Shown: positions 25,427 to 36,297, counted from the stretch's first letter. The stretch is DNA of 64,000 nt from an uncultured Aminicenantes bacterium (GCA_965195285.1 CBDAFS010000003.1:8257-72256), one strand, 5' to 3'. Translations and numbers: made by a program. Notes: generated from the sequence alone by a model not told the origin.

Positions 25427-28021
25427 TCAATCAGTGATGTTTTTTTCTACCCATTTCTGGTAGAGTGGATCCTTTTGCAAATCAAAAAGATCCGGCTCCC
25501 GTCTTATATCCTCCAATGAACCATAACGTATCATATATTCTCCCACAGCATTTAAAGCTTTCTGCCGCTGTTTCAAAAGCTCAAAAACCATGATCGATCT
25601 TCTTATAATTTCGGTTTCATTGGGGGCCAGTTCCAGTGCTTTTTCAATTAATTTGCCGGCCTGTTCCCGTTTTTTAATTTTTACCTGATAAAGAGCCAGG
25701 ATGGAATAAATTTCAGCACTTGCCGGTTCTTCAATCAATGCCTTTTCAGCCAGCTCAATAGCCTGCCGATAAACAGTCATGGATTTTTCTTTGTATTCCG
25801 GTATCAATCGATAGGCATCAGCCAGATTTCCCTTTAAAATATAATTATGTTGGTTTTGCCTGACCGCCTTTTCAAACATCCTGGCTGCATCCTGATAACG
25901 TCCGTGGAAAAAATATAAAGTACCAAGATTGGAAATTAAATCAGGATCCACTTTAATACGGTAAGAATTTTCGAACATTTCGAGCGCCTGATCCATTTTT
26001 CCGATGGTATAATAAATTCCTCCCAGGTTGATATAGCCAATATTATTCTCAGGTGCCAGCTCAATAACCTTCCGGTACATTTGAACCGCCTCTTCGAGCC
26101 GGCTGTTTTTATAATAAAAATAACCCAGGTAATCGTAACCTTCATAATAATCAGTTCTTGTATTTATTGCTTTTTTATAGCTTTCTTCCTCTTTCTTTGA
26201 ATTTTGTGTAACCTCATAACCCTTAGCCAATTCCAAATAAGCATAAAAATCCTCTGGATTGTCAATCAACACTTTATGGATTTGTTCAAACGCTTTATTA
26301 AATTGTCGCCTTTCCTTATAAATTTCACTTAGTATTATATGGGCATGCTTTTCTCTTTCATTGTTTTTTAGTGCTTTATAACAATATGATTCAGCTTTTG
26401 AAATCCATTCCTGTTCTTTTGTCAATTTAAATTTATTCCAGTATGCTTCAGCCAGCAAGGCATTGGCCAGACTATAAACAGGATCCTGTTTGATGGCCAT
26501 TTTTAAACAATCAATGGCCATTTCAATATCCTGTGTTTTCATATTTTTTGCCAGATAGCCGAGTCCTTTGATATAATTTTCAAATGCACCGGGCAAAGAT
26601 GTGCCGGCGGCAATCAACCGGGATTGTATTTCAGAAGTCACTTTAATATCAAGCATATCCAGTATTTTCAATATCACCCCATCCTGCCATATGGAAAGAT
26701 TGGTTATGTGTCCGGCCAACATTTCATATTTCATCTGCTGTTCTGATTCAGGATTCTCAAACTTAATTCCGAATTCGATCAAATTACCCTTTCGCCTTAA
26801 TGTTCCTTTAATGATAAGATTTACAGCAAAAAGTTTCCGGGCGTCCTGCCCCGTTTTAACCTTTTTATTCTCCAATGATTGTGACGAGACCGTCCAGAAA
26901 TCTTGTTCATATTTTTCCATCTGAATCAGTTTATCGGTTATCATTCGAGCCATCCCAATCCCAAACACCCGCACAGCCGGATCGTCTCCATCAACAGAAA
27001 AAGGCAATACAGCCAGATGTTTCTGAGCCGGGACTTTATTGATACCCACCCAATCCATTATCATTCTTCTGGAAGTTGGAATCACCAGGACAATGCCTAA
27101 CAGTATTGATATGAGTAAAAACGGAAATAAGAATTTTCGCCTGGAAACCCGGAACTTCTTTCTGAAGGGGCCGGTCTTCAGTTTAGTGGTGTGTCTTTCC
27201 ATGCCGAGCTGTTCCCTTAAATTGACCAGATCGGAACGTAATTCTGACATGGACTGATAACGGTCCCTGGTTTGCTTGCTCATACATTTTTTGATGATTT
27301 TGATTAGCTTTCTGGGAAGTTGTACCTCCAGGTCTGAAAATCCGGAAGGGTCCTTTCTGACAATCGAATAGACCATTGAACGGGGTGAATCACCACAAAA
27401 GGGAAGCTTTTTGGTTATAATTTCATACAACACCACTCCCAGAGACCAGATGTCGGTTCGGTGATCCACATTTTCTCCGCTGGCCTGCTCCGGTGACATA
27501 TAGGCAGCCGTTCCAACCGCAATACCGGTTCTGGTCAGGCTGGTATCACCCCCAAGCTTGGCCAGCCCGAAATCAAGAATTTTGACTTCTCCACGCGGGG
27601 TGATCATGATGTTGGCCGGCTTGATATCCCGATGAACAATGCCCGCTTCATGGGCCCTATTCAAGCCATCACAAATTTCAACCATAATGTCCAGTGTGGA
27701 TTCCAGAGTCATTGAATCCTGTTCAATCTTCTGTTTGATGGTTTCACCCTCATAAAAAGCCATGGCAATAAACATCTGTCCTTTTTCGGTTTCATCAATC
27801 TCATAAATGGTACAGATATTGGGATGATCCAGAATGGAGGCTGAACGGGCCTCATGGATGAAGCGTTGTTTGGCAATGGTATCCTGGGTAATGTCCATGG
27901 GTAAAAACTTCAAGGCTACGGTTCGCTTCAGTTTGGTATCCCTGGCCTTGTAGATGGCACCCATTCCGCCTTCGGCAATTTTATCAATGATTATGTAGTG
28001 GGATACGGTTTGACCTATCAT
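25427..28021 (-). CDS. Hanks-type Ser/Thr protein kinase with TM helix, TolB-N-like segment and TPR repeats
   Basis: VALKFL, HRDIKPAN, DFG, GTAAYMSPEQ, DIWSLG; TM near aa 300; LAVLPF; multiple TPRs. Confidence 0.92.
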   Translation of the reverse strand: MIGQTVSHYIIIDKIAEGGMGAIYKARDTKLKRTVALKFLPMDITQDTIAKQRFIHEARSASILDHPNICTIYEIDETEKGQMFIAMAFYEGETIKQKIEQDSMTLESTLDIMVEICDGLNRAHEAGIVHRDIKPANIMITPRGEVKILDFGLAKLGGDTSLTRTGIAVGTAAYMSPEQASGENVDHRTDIWSLGVVLYEIITKKLPFCGDSPRSMVYSIVRKDPSGFSDLEVQLPRKLIKIIKKCMSKQTRDRYQSMSELRSDLVNLREQLGMERHTTKLKTGPFRKKFRVSRRKFLFPFLLISILLGIVLVIPTSRRMIMDWVGINKVPAQKHLAVLPFSVDGDDPAVRVFGIGMARMITDKLIQMEKYEQDFWTVSSQSLENKKVKTGQDARKLFAVNLIIKGTLRRKGNLIEFGIKFENPESEQQMKYEMLAGHITNLSIWQDGVILKILDMLDIKVTSEIQSRLIAAGTSLPGAFENYIKGLGYLAKNMKTQDIEMAIDCLKMAIKQDPVYSLANALLAEAYWNKFKLTKEQEWISKAESYCYKALKNNEREKHAHIILSEIYKERRQFNKAFEQIHKVLIDNPEDFYAYLELAKGYEVTQNSKKEEESYKKAINTRTDYYEGYDYLGYFYYKNSRLEEAVQMYRKVIELAPENNIGYINLGGIYYTIGKMDQALEMFENSYRIKVDPDLISNLGTLYFFHGRYQDAARMFEKAVRQNQHNYILKGNLADAYRLIPEYKEKSMTVYRQAIELAEKALIEEPASAEIYSILALYQVKIKKREQAGKLIEKALELAPNETEIIRRSIMVFELLKQRQKALNAVGEYMIRYGSLEDIRREPDLFDLQKDPLYQKWVEKNITD

Positions 28022-28197
28022 CGTCTCAATTCCATACTATGAAATCTGACCTTGACCTGAGAATCTTCATCTCCGGAAAAGTAAATCACTTGAATACGGG
28101 TTTTCATAACAATTCCGATTTTCAAAACCCTAAATCAATACGTCCCAACCCTTTTACATCATATATTCAGGGTTTACTGATTATATTTATTATGAGA

Positions 28198-29049
28198 CTA
28201 TTTCTTTGAAATCCCGTCTATCTTTCCAGGTAAAGATAAAATGGCCCGGACAATATCCACAACCAGATAATACAATACGAAAACGATGTAGGCAATAAAA
28301 GGCAGGAGACCGGCTGTCAGAATTGACATCGCATTGGCATTTCCCGAAATCCAGGCTTGTGAGATTTTTGCATCACTGAAGAGCCCAAATGAATCGATAA
28401 ACAACATGATAGTCCCAATGGCGACACCCACCCCAAAAAATATTGGCACCAGCTTCATCAAACCCTTGATAAAAAAAGTAACAATACCAATCGCTTCCTG
28501 GCCGGCTGAGGTCTCTTTAACAATTTCTATGGTAATGGTTTTGAAATTGAAAGAAACAATGGCAATGAATTCAAAGAATACAAAAACACCCAGTCCCATC
28601 AGGAAGGTGTTGAAGTCTCCGGTTCTGATAAGGCCGATAAGATGTATAATAAAAACAATCAATCCGGCAATCACGAAAATAAAGGCGACGCAGTCCAGAA
28701 AGGCCCTGGATGCCAGGCTGGTGGAATTATTTTTAATCAGATTCTCACCCGCATTCGAGAACCTGTGGGCAATGTACTGTACCACCATAACCACAAAAAG
28801 CCATGCAATCCCGATTAAAAAAGCATAAAAATCATTGACCCGAATCGCATATATTATCGCAAACAAAAATCCCAGAATGGCCGCCACAATAAGGCCGAAA
28901 TGTCCGATGACCATAACCCATTTCAAAGTAAAACCCAAAACCTTCTCTGAAAACAGGGTTCTCAGAAATTCAATCAATTTTTCAATTAATCTGACTCCAA
29001 AAAGGTGACCCTTGATTTCCCCTTTTTTGCTCTTTGCTTTTGCTACCAT
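28198..29049 (-). CDS. Multi-pass membrane hypothetical protein
   Basis: AGGAGG RBS before ATG 29049; about six hydrophobic helices. Confidence 0.75.
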   Translation of the reverse strand: MVAKAKSKKGEIKGHLFGVRLIEKLIEFLRTLFSEKVLGFTLKWVMVIGHFGLIVAAILGFLFAIIYAIRVNDFYAFLIGIAWLFVVMVVQYIAHRFSNAGENLIKNNSTSLASRAFLDCVAFIFVIAGLIVFIIHLIGLIRTGDFNTFLMGLGVFVFFEFIAIVSFNFKTITIEIVKETSAGQEAIGIVTFFIKGLMKLVPIFFGVGVAIGTIMLFIDSFGLFSDAKISQAWISGNANAMSILTAGLLPFIAYIVFVLYYLVVDIVRAILSLPGKIDGISKK

Positions 29050-29567
29050 GTTGCCTCCTGTTATAAAATTAATATCCATTACATATTATATTTTCAAAAA
29101 AAAGATGTCAAGCTTCAGCATTAAGATTTCTATCTCCACCCTACATCGCCTGACTTTATTTTTTCACCCGTAAATATTATAATGCTGACACCCATGTCAT
29201 TTAAATTTAAACTTCTCCTGTCTCTGTTTATTTTCTGGTTAACAATATTCTGAAACTAAAAGAGGGGCAAAGATGGTGGATTCATTTTCATGATCATGAA
29301 ACCTACGACATATTTTTTCAAACCCAGGAAACCAGCTGAAGTTCGATGTCCATTCATTCAAATTGGATTCCGCCCCGGAGGGAAGCCCGCGATTCGGTCT
29401 GCTGAAAATACTCATCTCTCTGGCCAACAGTCAGGCCCTTTTCAGCAAGCGGATTAATCTGAATTGATTGAATTACGGTAAAAGCCATTATATCAGGAGG
29501 AATCGGTCAAATGCAAAGTATGCCCATTTAATCAGGAGTTGAAATACATAAAACCACAATGTCGTCT

Positions 29568-30875
29568 TCAGCGAATATAACCCAGGGTTTTGAGTTCTTT
29601 TAATTCTTTTTTATCCAAACTTAACTCCACAGTTTCTTGCTTGAACTTTGTACAGTTTGATTCAAATTCGATAAATTTATATTTTAGCAGATTAAAAATA
29701 TTTAAATCTTTATTATAAAGATTGTTCGTCTCATCTGGATCAACGGTAAGATCATATAGCTCTTTTAAATCCCTATGGTTAAAAATACATTTCCAATTTT
29801 TATGAATCACTGATTTTATGAGAATGTCTTTACTTGTCAGTTTTATGTGAAGGTGAGAAAAAATATATCGGGGATTTTTTTCTGATTTACTGCTGAAGAC
29901 AATCGGCATAAGATTTAATCCCTCATCATTTTGACTTCCATCAAGGTGAAGATAACCTCTTAAAGTAGGCAAAATATCAATATTACTGACATTATTCCTG
30001 ATCCGCTTTGGCTGCCTATCTCTTTCCGGGAAGTAAATAAAAAAAGGTATTTGAATAACTTCAGAATACAATGTCCTACCATGATTTATTTGACCATGAT
30101 CCCAGAATTCTTCACCATGGTCCGAGGTAATAATAAGAACTGTATTTTTATGCCATTCAAACAGCACAAACATCTCCCTTATCATGTCATCTACATAACT
30201 GATTTCACTATCATATCTTGATATTATATTGGCCTTCATCTTCTTGCCTTTTTGATACCAGGGTTTTCTCTTATGATAAGGTTTATGGGGATCATTATAA
30301 TGTATATATAAGAAATATTTTCCATTGGTTTTAATTTTTGGCGCCCATTTTTTCAATTGATCATTTACTTCTTTTTTATTTCCCCGGTAATAATCAAACT
30401 TGTTGAATATATCAAAGCCCTGGGTAAAACCTTCTTGCTCACAGATATTGATATTATTAGCCACTCCATAAGTATAATATCCGTTTTCTTTTAGCACTTC
30501 CGGGATAGTTTTTATTTTTTCAGGAATACGATTGATTGTCACTTCTTTCTTTTTGGGCCGCGGCAGAAACCCCATTACTACACCATGTTGAAAAGGGTAA
30601 AGAGAGGTAAAAATTGAAGCTGTAGATGGAGCTGTCCATGAAGATGCTGCAAAAGCCTTTTCAAAAACCACACTTTTAGCTGCGATTTCAGAAAGAAAAG
30701 GAGCAGTATTTTTTTTATAACCATAAAATGGAAGATGATCGTGTCGTAAGGTATCAATAACTATCAAAACCACATTTACATTCTTATGGTGTTTTCTACA
30801 ACCCGGTAGAAAGGTAAAATAGATTATTCCCAACAGAATCATTAAGGCATAAAAACTTTTATTTCTAAAATTCAT
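29568..30875 (-). CDS. Sulfatase-family lipoprotein (Ser-type)
   Basis: IDTLRHDH, SWTAPSTASIFT, HYNDPH, SDHGEE, ELYDL, LKTLGYI; lipobox LPGC. Confidence 0.88.
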   Translation of the reverse strand: MNFRNKSFYALMILLGIIYFTFLPGCRKHHKNVNVVLIVIDTLRHDHLPFYGYKKNTAPFLSEIAAKSVVFEKAFAASSWTAPSTASIFTSLYPFQHGVVMGFLPRPKKKEVTINRIPEKIKTIPEVLKENGYYTYGVANNINICEQEGFTQGFDIFNKFDYYRGNKKEVNDQLKKWAPKIKTNGKYFLYIHYNDPHKPYHKRKPWYQKGKKMKANIISRYDSEISYVDDMIREMFVLFEWHKNTVLIITSDHGEEFWDHGQINHGRTLYSEVIQIPFFIYFPERDRQPKRIRNNVSNIDILPTLRGYLHLDGSQNDEGLNLMPIVFSSKSEKNPRYIFSHLHIKLTSKDILIKSVIHKNWKCIFNHRDLKELYDLTVDPDETNNLYNKDLNIFNLLKYKFIEFESNCTKFKQETVELSLDKKELKELKTLGYIR

Positions 30876-30897
30876 GATGCTTAACTATGTTAAAAAA

Positions 30898-30970
30898 CGC
30901 GCCTGGCTGGATTCGAACCAGCGGCCTTTGGTTCCGGAGACCAACACTCTATCCTCTGAGCTACAGGCGC
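30898..30970 (-). tRNA. tRNA-Arg(CCG)
   Basis: GCGCCTGTAGCTCAGAGGATAGAGTGTTGGTCT-CCG-GAACCAAAGGCCGCTGGTTCGAATCCAGCCAGGCGCG folds as a cloverleaf; CCA not encoded. Confidence 0.95.
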
Positions 30971-31068
30971 ATGGGAACATTATATCAGAAATACTTCTTA
31001 CAAAAAAGTATTACCATTATGATTAATCCCCATTCATCATTACCATCGATTTAGACCCCAAATTATAC

Positions 31069-31097
31069 TTGACAAAATCGACATTACTCTATACCAT
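31069..31097 (+). promoter_or_regulatory. Putative sigma70 promoter
   Basis: TTGACA-17 nt-TACCAT, then AGGAGG RBS. Confidence 0.6.
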
Positions 31098-31119
31098 AAG
31101 AAATTAAAAAGGAGGATAA

Positions 31120-31830
31120 ATGAAAAAATTATTGGTAATTGTTATATCAGTACTTTTCCTAACTATTTTATTGAATGCAGATTTTTTAATCAAAACCAAA
31201 ATGCACATGGATGCTTTTGAAATGATGGGCCAAAAACAGCCGGCCACCGATGAGATGGTGGAAAACTGGATTGGCAAGAATAGAATGCTCACTCATCAGC
31301 AGGAAAAAATATTCATCGTCCGGATGGACCTTAAGAAAATGTATTACGCCATGTCCAAAACAAAATCTTATATCGAAATCGACCTGCCCTTTGATTTTTC
31401 ATCACTATTACCCCCGGAAGCGGTCCAAATGATGAGCATGATGAAAATGACCCTGAAGGTCACTCCCACCAAAAACACCAAAATGATCAACAAGTGGAAT
31501 TGTCAGGAGTACATAGTCGAAATGAAGATGGCCATGGGTTCTTATACCATGAACATGTGGGTAACCCGGGATATCAATATCAATCTGGATGCCTATGCTG
31601 AGATGTATACCAATGTGACCGCAATGGGTTTCATTGAGAATGCGGATGAATACAAAAAGATCAAAGGCTACCCGATCCATGTTGACATGAATATGAATAT
31701 GATGGGAATGAATATCAAGGGATTCAATACCGTTATCGAAATTATTGAAAAAACTCCACCCAAAGGGCTTTACTCCCCTCCGGCCGGATTCCAGAAAAAG
31801 GAAAAACTGGGCATGCAGGATTTCCGTTAA
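31120..31830 (+). CDS. Exported DUF4412-like protein (Met-rich)
   Basis: Signal peptide; WIGKN, INKWNCQEY, MWVT, GYP, YSPPAGF. Confidence 0.7.
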   Translation: MKKLLVIVISVLFLTILLNADFLIKTKMHMDAFEMMGQKQPATDEMVENWIGKNRMLTHQQEKIFIVRMDLKKMYYAMSKTKSYIEIDLPFDFSSLLPPEAVQMMSMMKMTLKVTPTKNTKMINKWNCQEYIVEMKMAMGSYTMNMWVTRDININLDAYAEMYTNVTAMGFIENADEYKKIKGYPIHVDMNMNMMGMNIKGFNTVIEIIEKTPPKGLYSPPAGFQKKEKLGMQDFR

Positions 31831-31877
31831 TAAATCCCCCTGCCGATCAATTTACTGAATTCCGATTTGATTGATAG

Positions 31878-32570
31878 ATGTTAAACAAACTGTACTGTAT
31901 ATTTATCGCCATTTTTACATTATATTCCTCTATTCAAGCGGATATCCTTATCAAGCAGAAAATTCAGAATAACCTCTCCGGTACGGAAATATCGGAAATA
32001 TGGATTGGGAAAAACCATTACGCTTCCATTCAAAAACGCGAATCCATTATTGTGGACCTGATCAAAAATGTGCTCTATCGCATCAATCATTCGGCCAGAA
32101 CTGTCCAGGAATTGGCCATGCCGGTCGAAACCCTGGACTATTTTCCCCAACCATTAGCCGGACTGCTGGGAGACATGCTGGATTCAATAACCGTTCAGGT
32201 TCAATCAATTGATCAAAACCAAACCATCAACAAATGGCAATGCAATCGATATGAGGTGGATATTTCGGTTCAACTGGCAGGAGTCCCGGTAATCATCAGC
32301 ATGGTTATCTGGGCAACTGTTGATGTCCCCTTCGATTGGAGATCGGTGAACCGAAGATTGAATTTCAATATGATGAAAACCCTGATGAGTTTGAATGAGG
32401 AGATTCAGGAAGAAATTAAAAAAATAACCGGTTTCCAAATCGCATCGGATATTCGCATCCAGATTGCCGATACCCGGATGAATCTTCGCACCGAAGTGAT
32501 CGAAATATCACAACGATTACCAGACTCCAAAACCTATTCAATCCCGAATGATTACCGACATTTGCAATAG
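31878..32570 (+). CDS. Exported DUF4412-like protein (paralog of upstream gene)
   Basis: WIGKN, INKWQCNRY, IWAT, YSIPNDY shared with upstream gene. Confidence 0.7.
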   Translation: MLNKLYCIFIAIFTLYSSIQADILIKQKIQNNLSGTEISEIWIGKNHYASIQKRESIIVDLIKNVLYRINHSARTVQELAMPVETLDYFPQPLAGLLGDMLDSITVQVQSIDQNQTINKWQCNRYEVDISVQLAGVPVIISMVIWATVDVPFDWRSVNRRLNFNMMKTLMSLNEEIQEEIKKITGFQIASDIRIQIADTRMNLRTEVIEISQRLPDSKTYSIPNDYRHLQ

Positions 32571-32622
32571 ACTGAAAAACAAAAAGCCATGAACCCTGTC
32601 AGGTAATCCCTGTCAGGAATGA

Positions 32623-33915
32623 TTAATCAATACTATTCAAGAGTTTTCTGATTGAAACCAGTGCCTCTGAAGGCGACACTTGCTCAGTTGGATTGAATTG
32701 ATTTTCTGAATTCAGTTTCATCAACTGGGCATTGATCACAAACTTGATGATGGCATAATATTTATGAAGCGGAGAAATATCCTCAGGCTCAATCACTTCA
32801 TCCAAAGGATTGATTTTAATAGAATAGCCCTCGTTCTCCAGATAAAGGCTCAAGGTATACAGGACCACTGCAAAGGCCGAACGACTGATATCGGTAAATC
32901 GCTGAAATCGATGGTCCGGTCTGATCTCCATTATCTTCAAGGTACATAATCTAATAATGTAGTCCCGGGCAAATGATCCGGAAATATCTGTGATAATGAT
33001 GGGAGTGGAATCAAGTTTCAAATAACGATTGAAATAATGACCGATCAGGGCGGCCAGGTCTTCACGGTTTAAATAATACTTGAAAAATATATTTTTAAAC
33101 TTCACAGGAAGATCGGATTCATAAAATTTGATTTTCAAATCGGTTATTTTATCCAACAGTTCTTTATCCCCCGGTCTTAAATCCAGAATCCTTTTATAGA
33201 CGATCAGAGCAGAATCATATTTCTCCATCTGCTCATAGATCTGGCCCAGTTTGGTAAGGATGTCTTCGCGGTTGGGTAGTTTTTCGATAATTTTTTCAAA
33301 ATGATAGGCCGCATTCTCATATTGCTGGTTTTGATAATAGAAATCGGCAATTCTGATTTTAATCTCTATGATATCCTCTGAATAGCTGGCTGCATCTTCA
33401 AGTGCTCGGATATAGGCATCATTGTTTTTATTTTTTATTTTTTCCGCTTTATTCAAGTAAAATTGGGTTTGACCGGACCGAATATGATCATACCGCAACT
33501 TTACCCAGGCATTCTCGGGATATTTGGCTCTCAAATGGGCATATACCCGGAAGGCCCGCTCAATATCATCGGACAATTCAAACAGGGTCGCCATGCCCAA
33601 TTCGGCTTGAATATTATTCGGATTAATTTCCAGAGCCCTTTCAAAATTCTGTTTGGACAGGCTTATTTTTTTCTGGAGCAACAGGGTGTAACCGAAGGCA
33701 ACGAATAACTTTTCATCCTCAAGATTACTTTGCTGGAAACTTTCCATGGCCATCCTGGGGTTTCCTTCTTTAAGTTTATTCCAGCCCTCCATATATGGAG
33801 AATCATAATATTCTGACTCACCCAGATCCGGGATATTTATATGCGGGGCTACCTGTTTCACACCACCGCAACCCAACAGGATTAGCACCAGAGACAACAC
33901 GATCAACCATTTCAT
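32623..33915 (-). CDS. TPR-repeat lipoprotein with C-terminal SLH-like domains
   Basis: Start at 33915 (MKWLIVLSLVLILLGC lipobox) overlapping hflX stop; TPRs; F.P...ISR-type SLH motifs. Confidence 0.75.
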   Translation of the reverse strand: MKWLIVLSLVLILLGCGGVKQVAPHINIPDLGESEYYDSPYMEGWNKLKEGNPRMAMESFQQSNLEDEKLFVAFGYTLLLQKKISLSKQNFERALEINPNNIQAELGMATLFELSDDIERAFRVYAHLRAKYPENAWVKLRYDHIRSGQTQFYLNKAEKIKNKNNDAYIRALEDAASYSEDIIEIKIRIADFYYQNQQYENAAYHFEKIIEKLPNREDILTKLGQIYEQMEKYDSALIVYKRILDLRPGDKELLDKITDLKIKFYESDLPVKFKNIFFKYYLNREDLAALIGHYFNRYLKLDSTPIIITDISGSFARDYIIRLCTLKIMEIRPDHRFQRFTDISRSAFAVVLYTLSLYLENEGYSIKINPLDEVIEPEDISPLHKYYAIIKFVINAQLMKLNSENQFNPTEQVSPSEALVSIRKLLNSID

Positions 33916-35228
33916 TTTATATAACCTCCGAATTTCTCCTTGAATTTTATCATTTTTTCTCTCGAACATAAAACCTCGAGATGGAGCCAGTCCCCTTTCC
34001 GGTCATGATGGGTCACAATGGCCCAGTTTCGGATCGAATTCAGGCTCTTTAAATCCTGAGGAATGGCAAAGGAAAAACGCTGAAAATCTTTAAAATATTT
34101 TAAAAATAATATTTTTTTCAAAACCAAAATACCCCTCCCTTGTGTTGCCGACACAAAGACCTCCGATTCCGAATCGCCCTTCTGAAACCCGGATTGATTC
34201 CCGGAATCCCATTTTTCATACTCAGGATCTTTTTTCATTTCGATTATATCGGGTGAGTCCGGATTCAGCAGATCCGTTTTATTGTAGACATCAATGATCC
34301 TATCCTCTGGAATTTTTATCTCCTCCAGCACTTTTTCTACTTCTTTTTTTTGATTCAGATAATCGGGTCGGGAGATATCAATGACATGCAACACGATATC
34401 TGCATGTATCATTTCCTCCAGGGTTGCCCGGAAGGATTTGAGTAACTCACTGGGCATTTGCCGGATAAATCCAACCGTATCGGACAACAGAAAATAGAAT
34501 CCCCTCTCAATTTCATTCAAATCCACCCTCCGAAGCAGAGGGTCCAACGTTGAAAACATCTTGTTGGAAATAAATACATTTTCGCCGGTCAATGTTTTAA
34601 ACAGAGTAGATTTCCCCGCTGAAGTATATCCAACCAGAGAGACCACCGGAATCGGAAATTCATCTCGGTTTTTTCGCTGTATATTCCGGTTTTTGATCAC
34701 CCTGACCAACCGTTTATTGATGATCGAAATCCTCTTTTTTATCCGCCTCCGATCTACTTCAAGTTTTGTTTCTCCCGGGCCTCTGGTCCCGATTCCACCT
34801 CCCAGTCTGGACAGTTCAACACCCTTTCCGGTCAATCTGGGAAGCAAGTATAAATGCTGGGCCAACTCCACCTGAAGCTTGCCTTCGAGCGATCTGGCCC
34901 GGGTAGCAAAAATATCTAAAATCAGGCGGGACCGATCGATAACTTTCAAGTCGAAAAATCTCTCCAGATTTCGCTGTTGAATATTGGTCAATTGATTGTA
35001 AAACACAACCAAATCAATATGTTTTGCATAGGCAAAATTCTTTATCTCTGTAGCCTTGCCCTTACCAAGGAGATATTTTTTATCCGGAGCATTCCGTTTC
35101 TGAAAGAAGACTTTAACCACATCTCCACCGGCACTGCGGGTTAACTGTTCCAGTTCCTCCATGATGTAATCGATTTCATAACCCTGCTTCCGGGTATCAA
35201 ACATGCCCACCAGTATCGATTTTTCCAT
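33912..35228 (-). CDS. hflX: GTPase HflX
   Basis: LILDIFATRA, GGIGTRGPGETKLE, GYTSAGKST, DTVGFI, NKTD. Confidence 0.95.
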   Translation of the reverse strand: MEKSILVGMFDTRKQGYEIDYIMEELEQLTRSAGGDVVKVFFQKRNAPDKKYLLGKGKATEIKNFAYAKHIDLVVFYNQLTNIQQRNLERFFDLKVIDRSRLILDIFATRARSLEGKLQVELAQHLYLLPRLTGKGVELSRLGGGIGTRGPGETKLEVDRRRIKKRISIINKRLVRVIKNRNIQRKNRDEFPIPVVSLVGYTSAGKSTLFKTLTGENVFISNKMFSTLDPLLRRVDLNEIERGFYFLLSDTVGFIRQMPSELLKSFRATLEEMIHADIVLHVIDISRPDYLNQKKEVEKVLEEIKIPEDRIIDVYNKTDLLNPDSPDIIEMKKDPEYEKWDSGNQSGFQKGDSESEVFVSATQGRGILVLKKILFLKYFKDFQRFSFAIPQDLKSLNSIRNWAIVTHHDRKGDWLHLEVLCSREKMIKFKEKFGGYIK

Positions 35229-35246
35229 TAGGCTTTCAACACCAGA

Positions 35247-36170
35247 TTACCGGCCTCCGGCTGTTGATAAACGGGACTTTATCCACTCAACAATTTGCTC
35301 GAATTGAGAAGGATTAAACCAGGCAATGTCCCTTTCCTGCCGAAACCAGGAGAGTTGCCGCTTGGCAAAATTTCGGGTGTGCTGTTTGATCAGATTTGTG
35401 GCGGTCTCCAGATTTATCAAACCATCCAGGTGCATGGAGATTTCTTTATAACCCAACGATTTGAATGGGGGGCAATTGGCCGGATATTTTTTTCTCAACA
35501 ACTGAACTTCCCGGATTAAACCTGAATTCAGCATTTGATCCACCCGCTGATTGATTCTCTGATACAATTCATCCCTGTCCAGGGTCAGTCCGATCCGGAT
35601 AATCAAATAGTCCCGGAAGGGAGTCCGGGTCGTTTTGAAGATTTCCGTTGGAGGCAATCCCTGGTTGTGGTAGATCTCCAAACCCCTGATGATTCTAATC
35701 CGATCATTGGGACTGATTTTCACTGCATATTCCGGGTCCACCCGGTTTAATTTTTCCCAGAGCGAGGACAACCCATCATGATCCGCCTGCTGGTTCAATT
35801 CTTCCCTGGATACTTTATTTTCAGTCTGCTCAGGGAAAATGCCCCGGATCATGATTTTCAAATATAAAGCCGTACCACCGCAGACAATGGGAAAACATCC
35901 CCGGCTGATAATATCTTCAGATACCTTAAACGACATGCTCAGGAACCTGGCCGCATTATATTGTGAACAATCGGAAAAAACATCAATCAGATAATGGGGA
36001 ATCTTCTTTAATTCTCCTTTGTCCAGTTTTGCGGTTCCGATATTGAAGTCACGGTAAACCTGCATGGAATCGGCGGAAATGATTTCTCCATCAAGTTCAG
36101 GGGCCAGCGCCAAAGCCAGTTTACTTTTTCCCACTCCGGTTGGTCCGAGTACCTGAACGATTCTCTTCAT
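35247..36170 (-). CDS. miaA: tRNA dimethylallyltransferase
   Basis: GPTGVGKS, ISADSMQVY, GGTALY, LGYKE, TRNFAKRQLSWF. Confidence 0.95.
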   Translation of the reverse strand: MKRIVQVLGPTGVGKSKLALALAPELDGEIISADSMQVYRDFNIGTAKLDKGELKKIPHYLIDVFSDCSQYNAARFLSMSFKVSEDIISRGCFPIVCGGTALYLKIMIRGIFPEQTENKVSREELNQQADHDGLSSLWEKLNRVDPEYAVKISPNDRIRIIRGLEIYHNQGLPPTEIFKTTRTPFRDYLIIRIGLTLDRDELYQRINQRVDQMLNSGLIREVQLLRKKYPANCPPFKSLGYKEISMHLDGLINLETATNLIKQHTRNFAKRQLSWFRQERDIAWFNPSQFEQIVEWIKSRLSTAGGR

Positions 36171-36297
36171 GTATTTAATACTTTTTCCTTCCCCCAATTG
36201 TTATCATGTCCCGATTAACACGTGATGAGGGCATACAGACCAACAAACAATATTATTAAAAAAAGCATCTGTTTCTCCTGTAATTTCTGTTTCCGAT

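Noticed and set aside
36215-36268. 17-aa hydrophobic ORF (MLFLIILFVGLYALITC) with AGGAG RBS upstream of miaA
   Set aside because: Too short to support without conservation or ribosome profiling data
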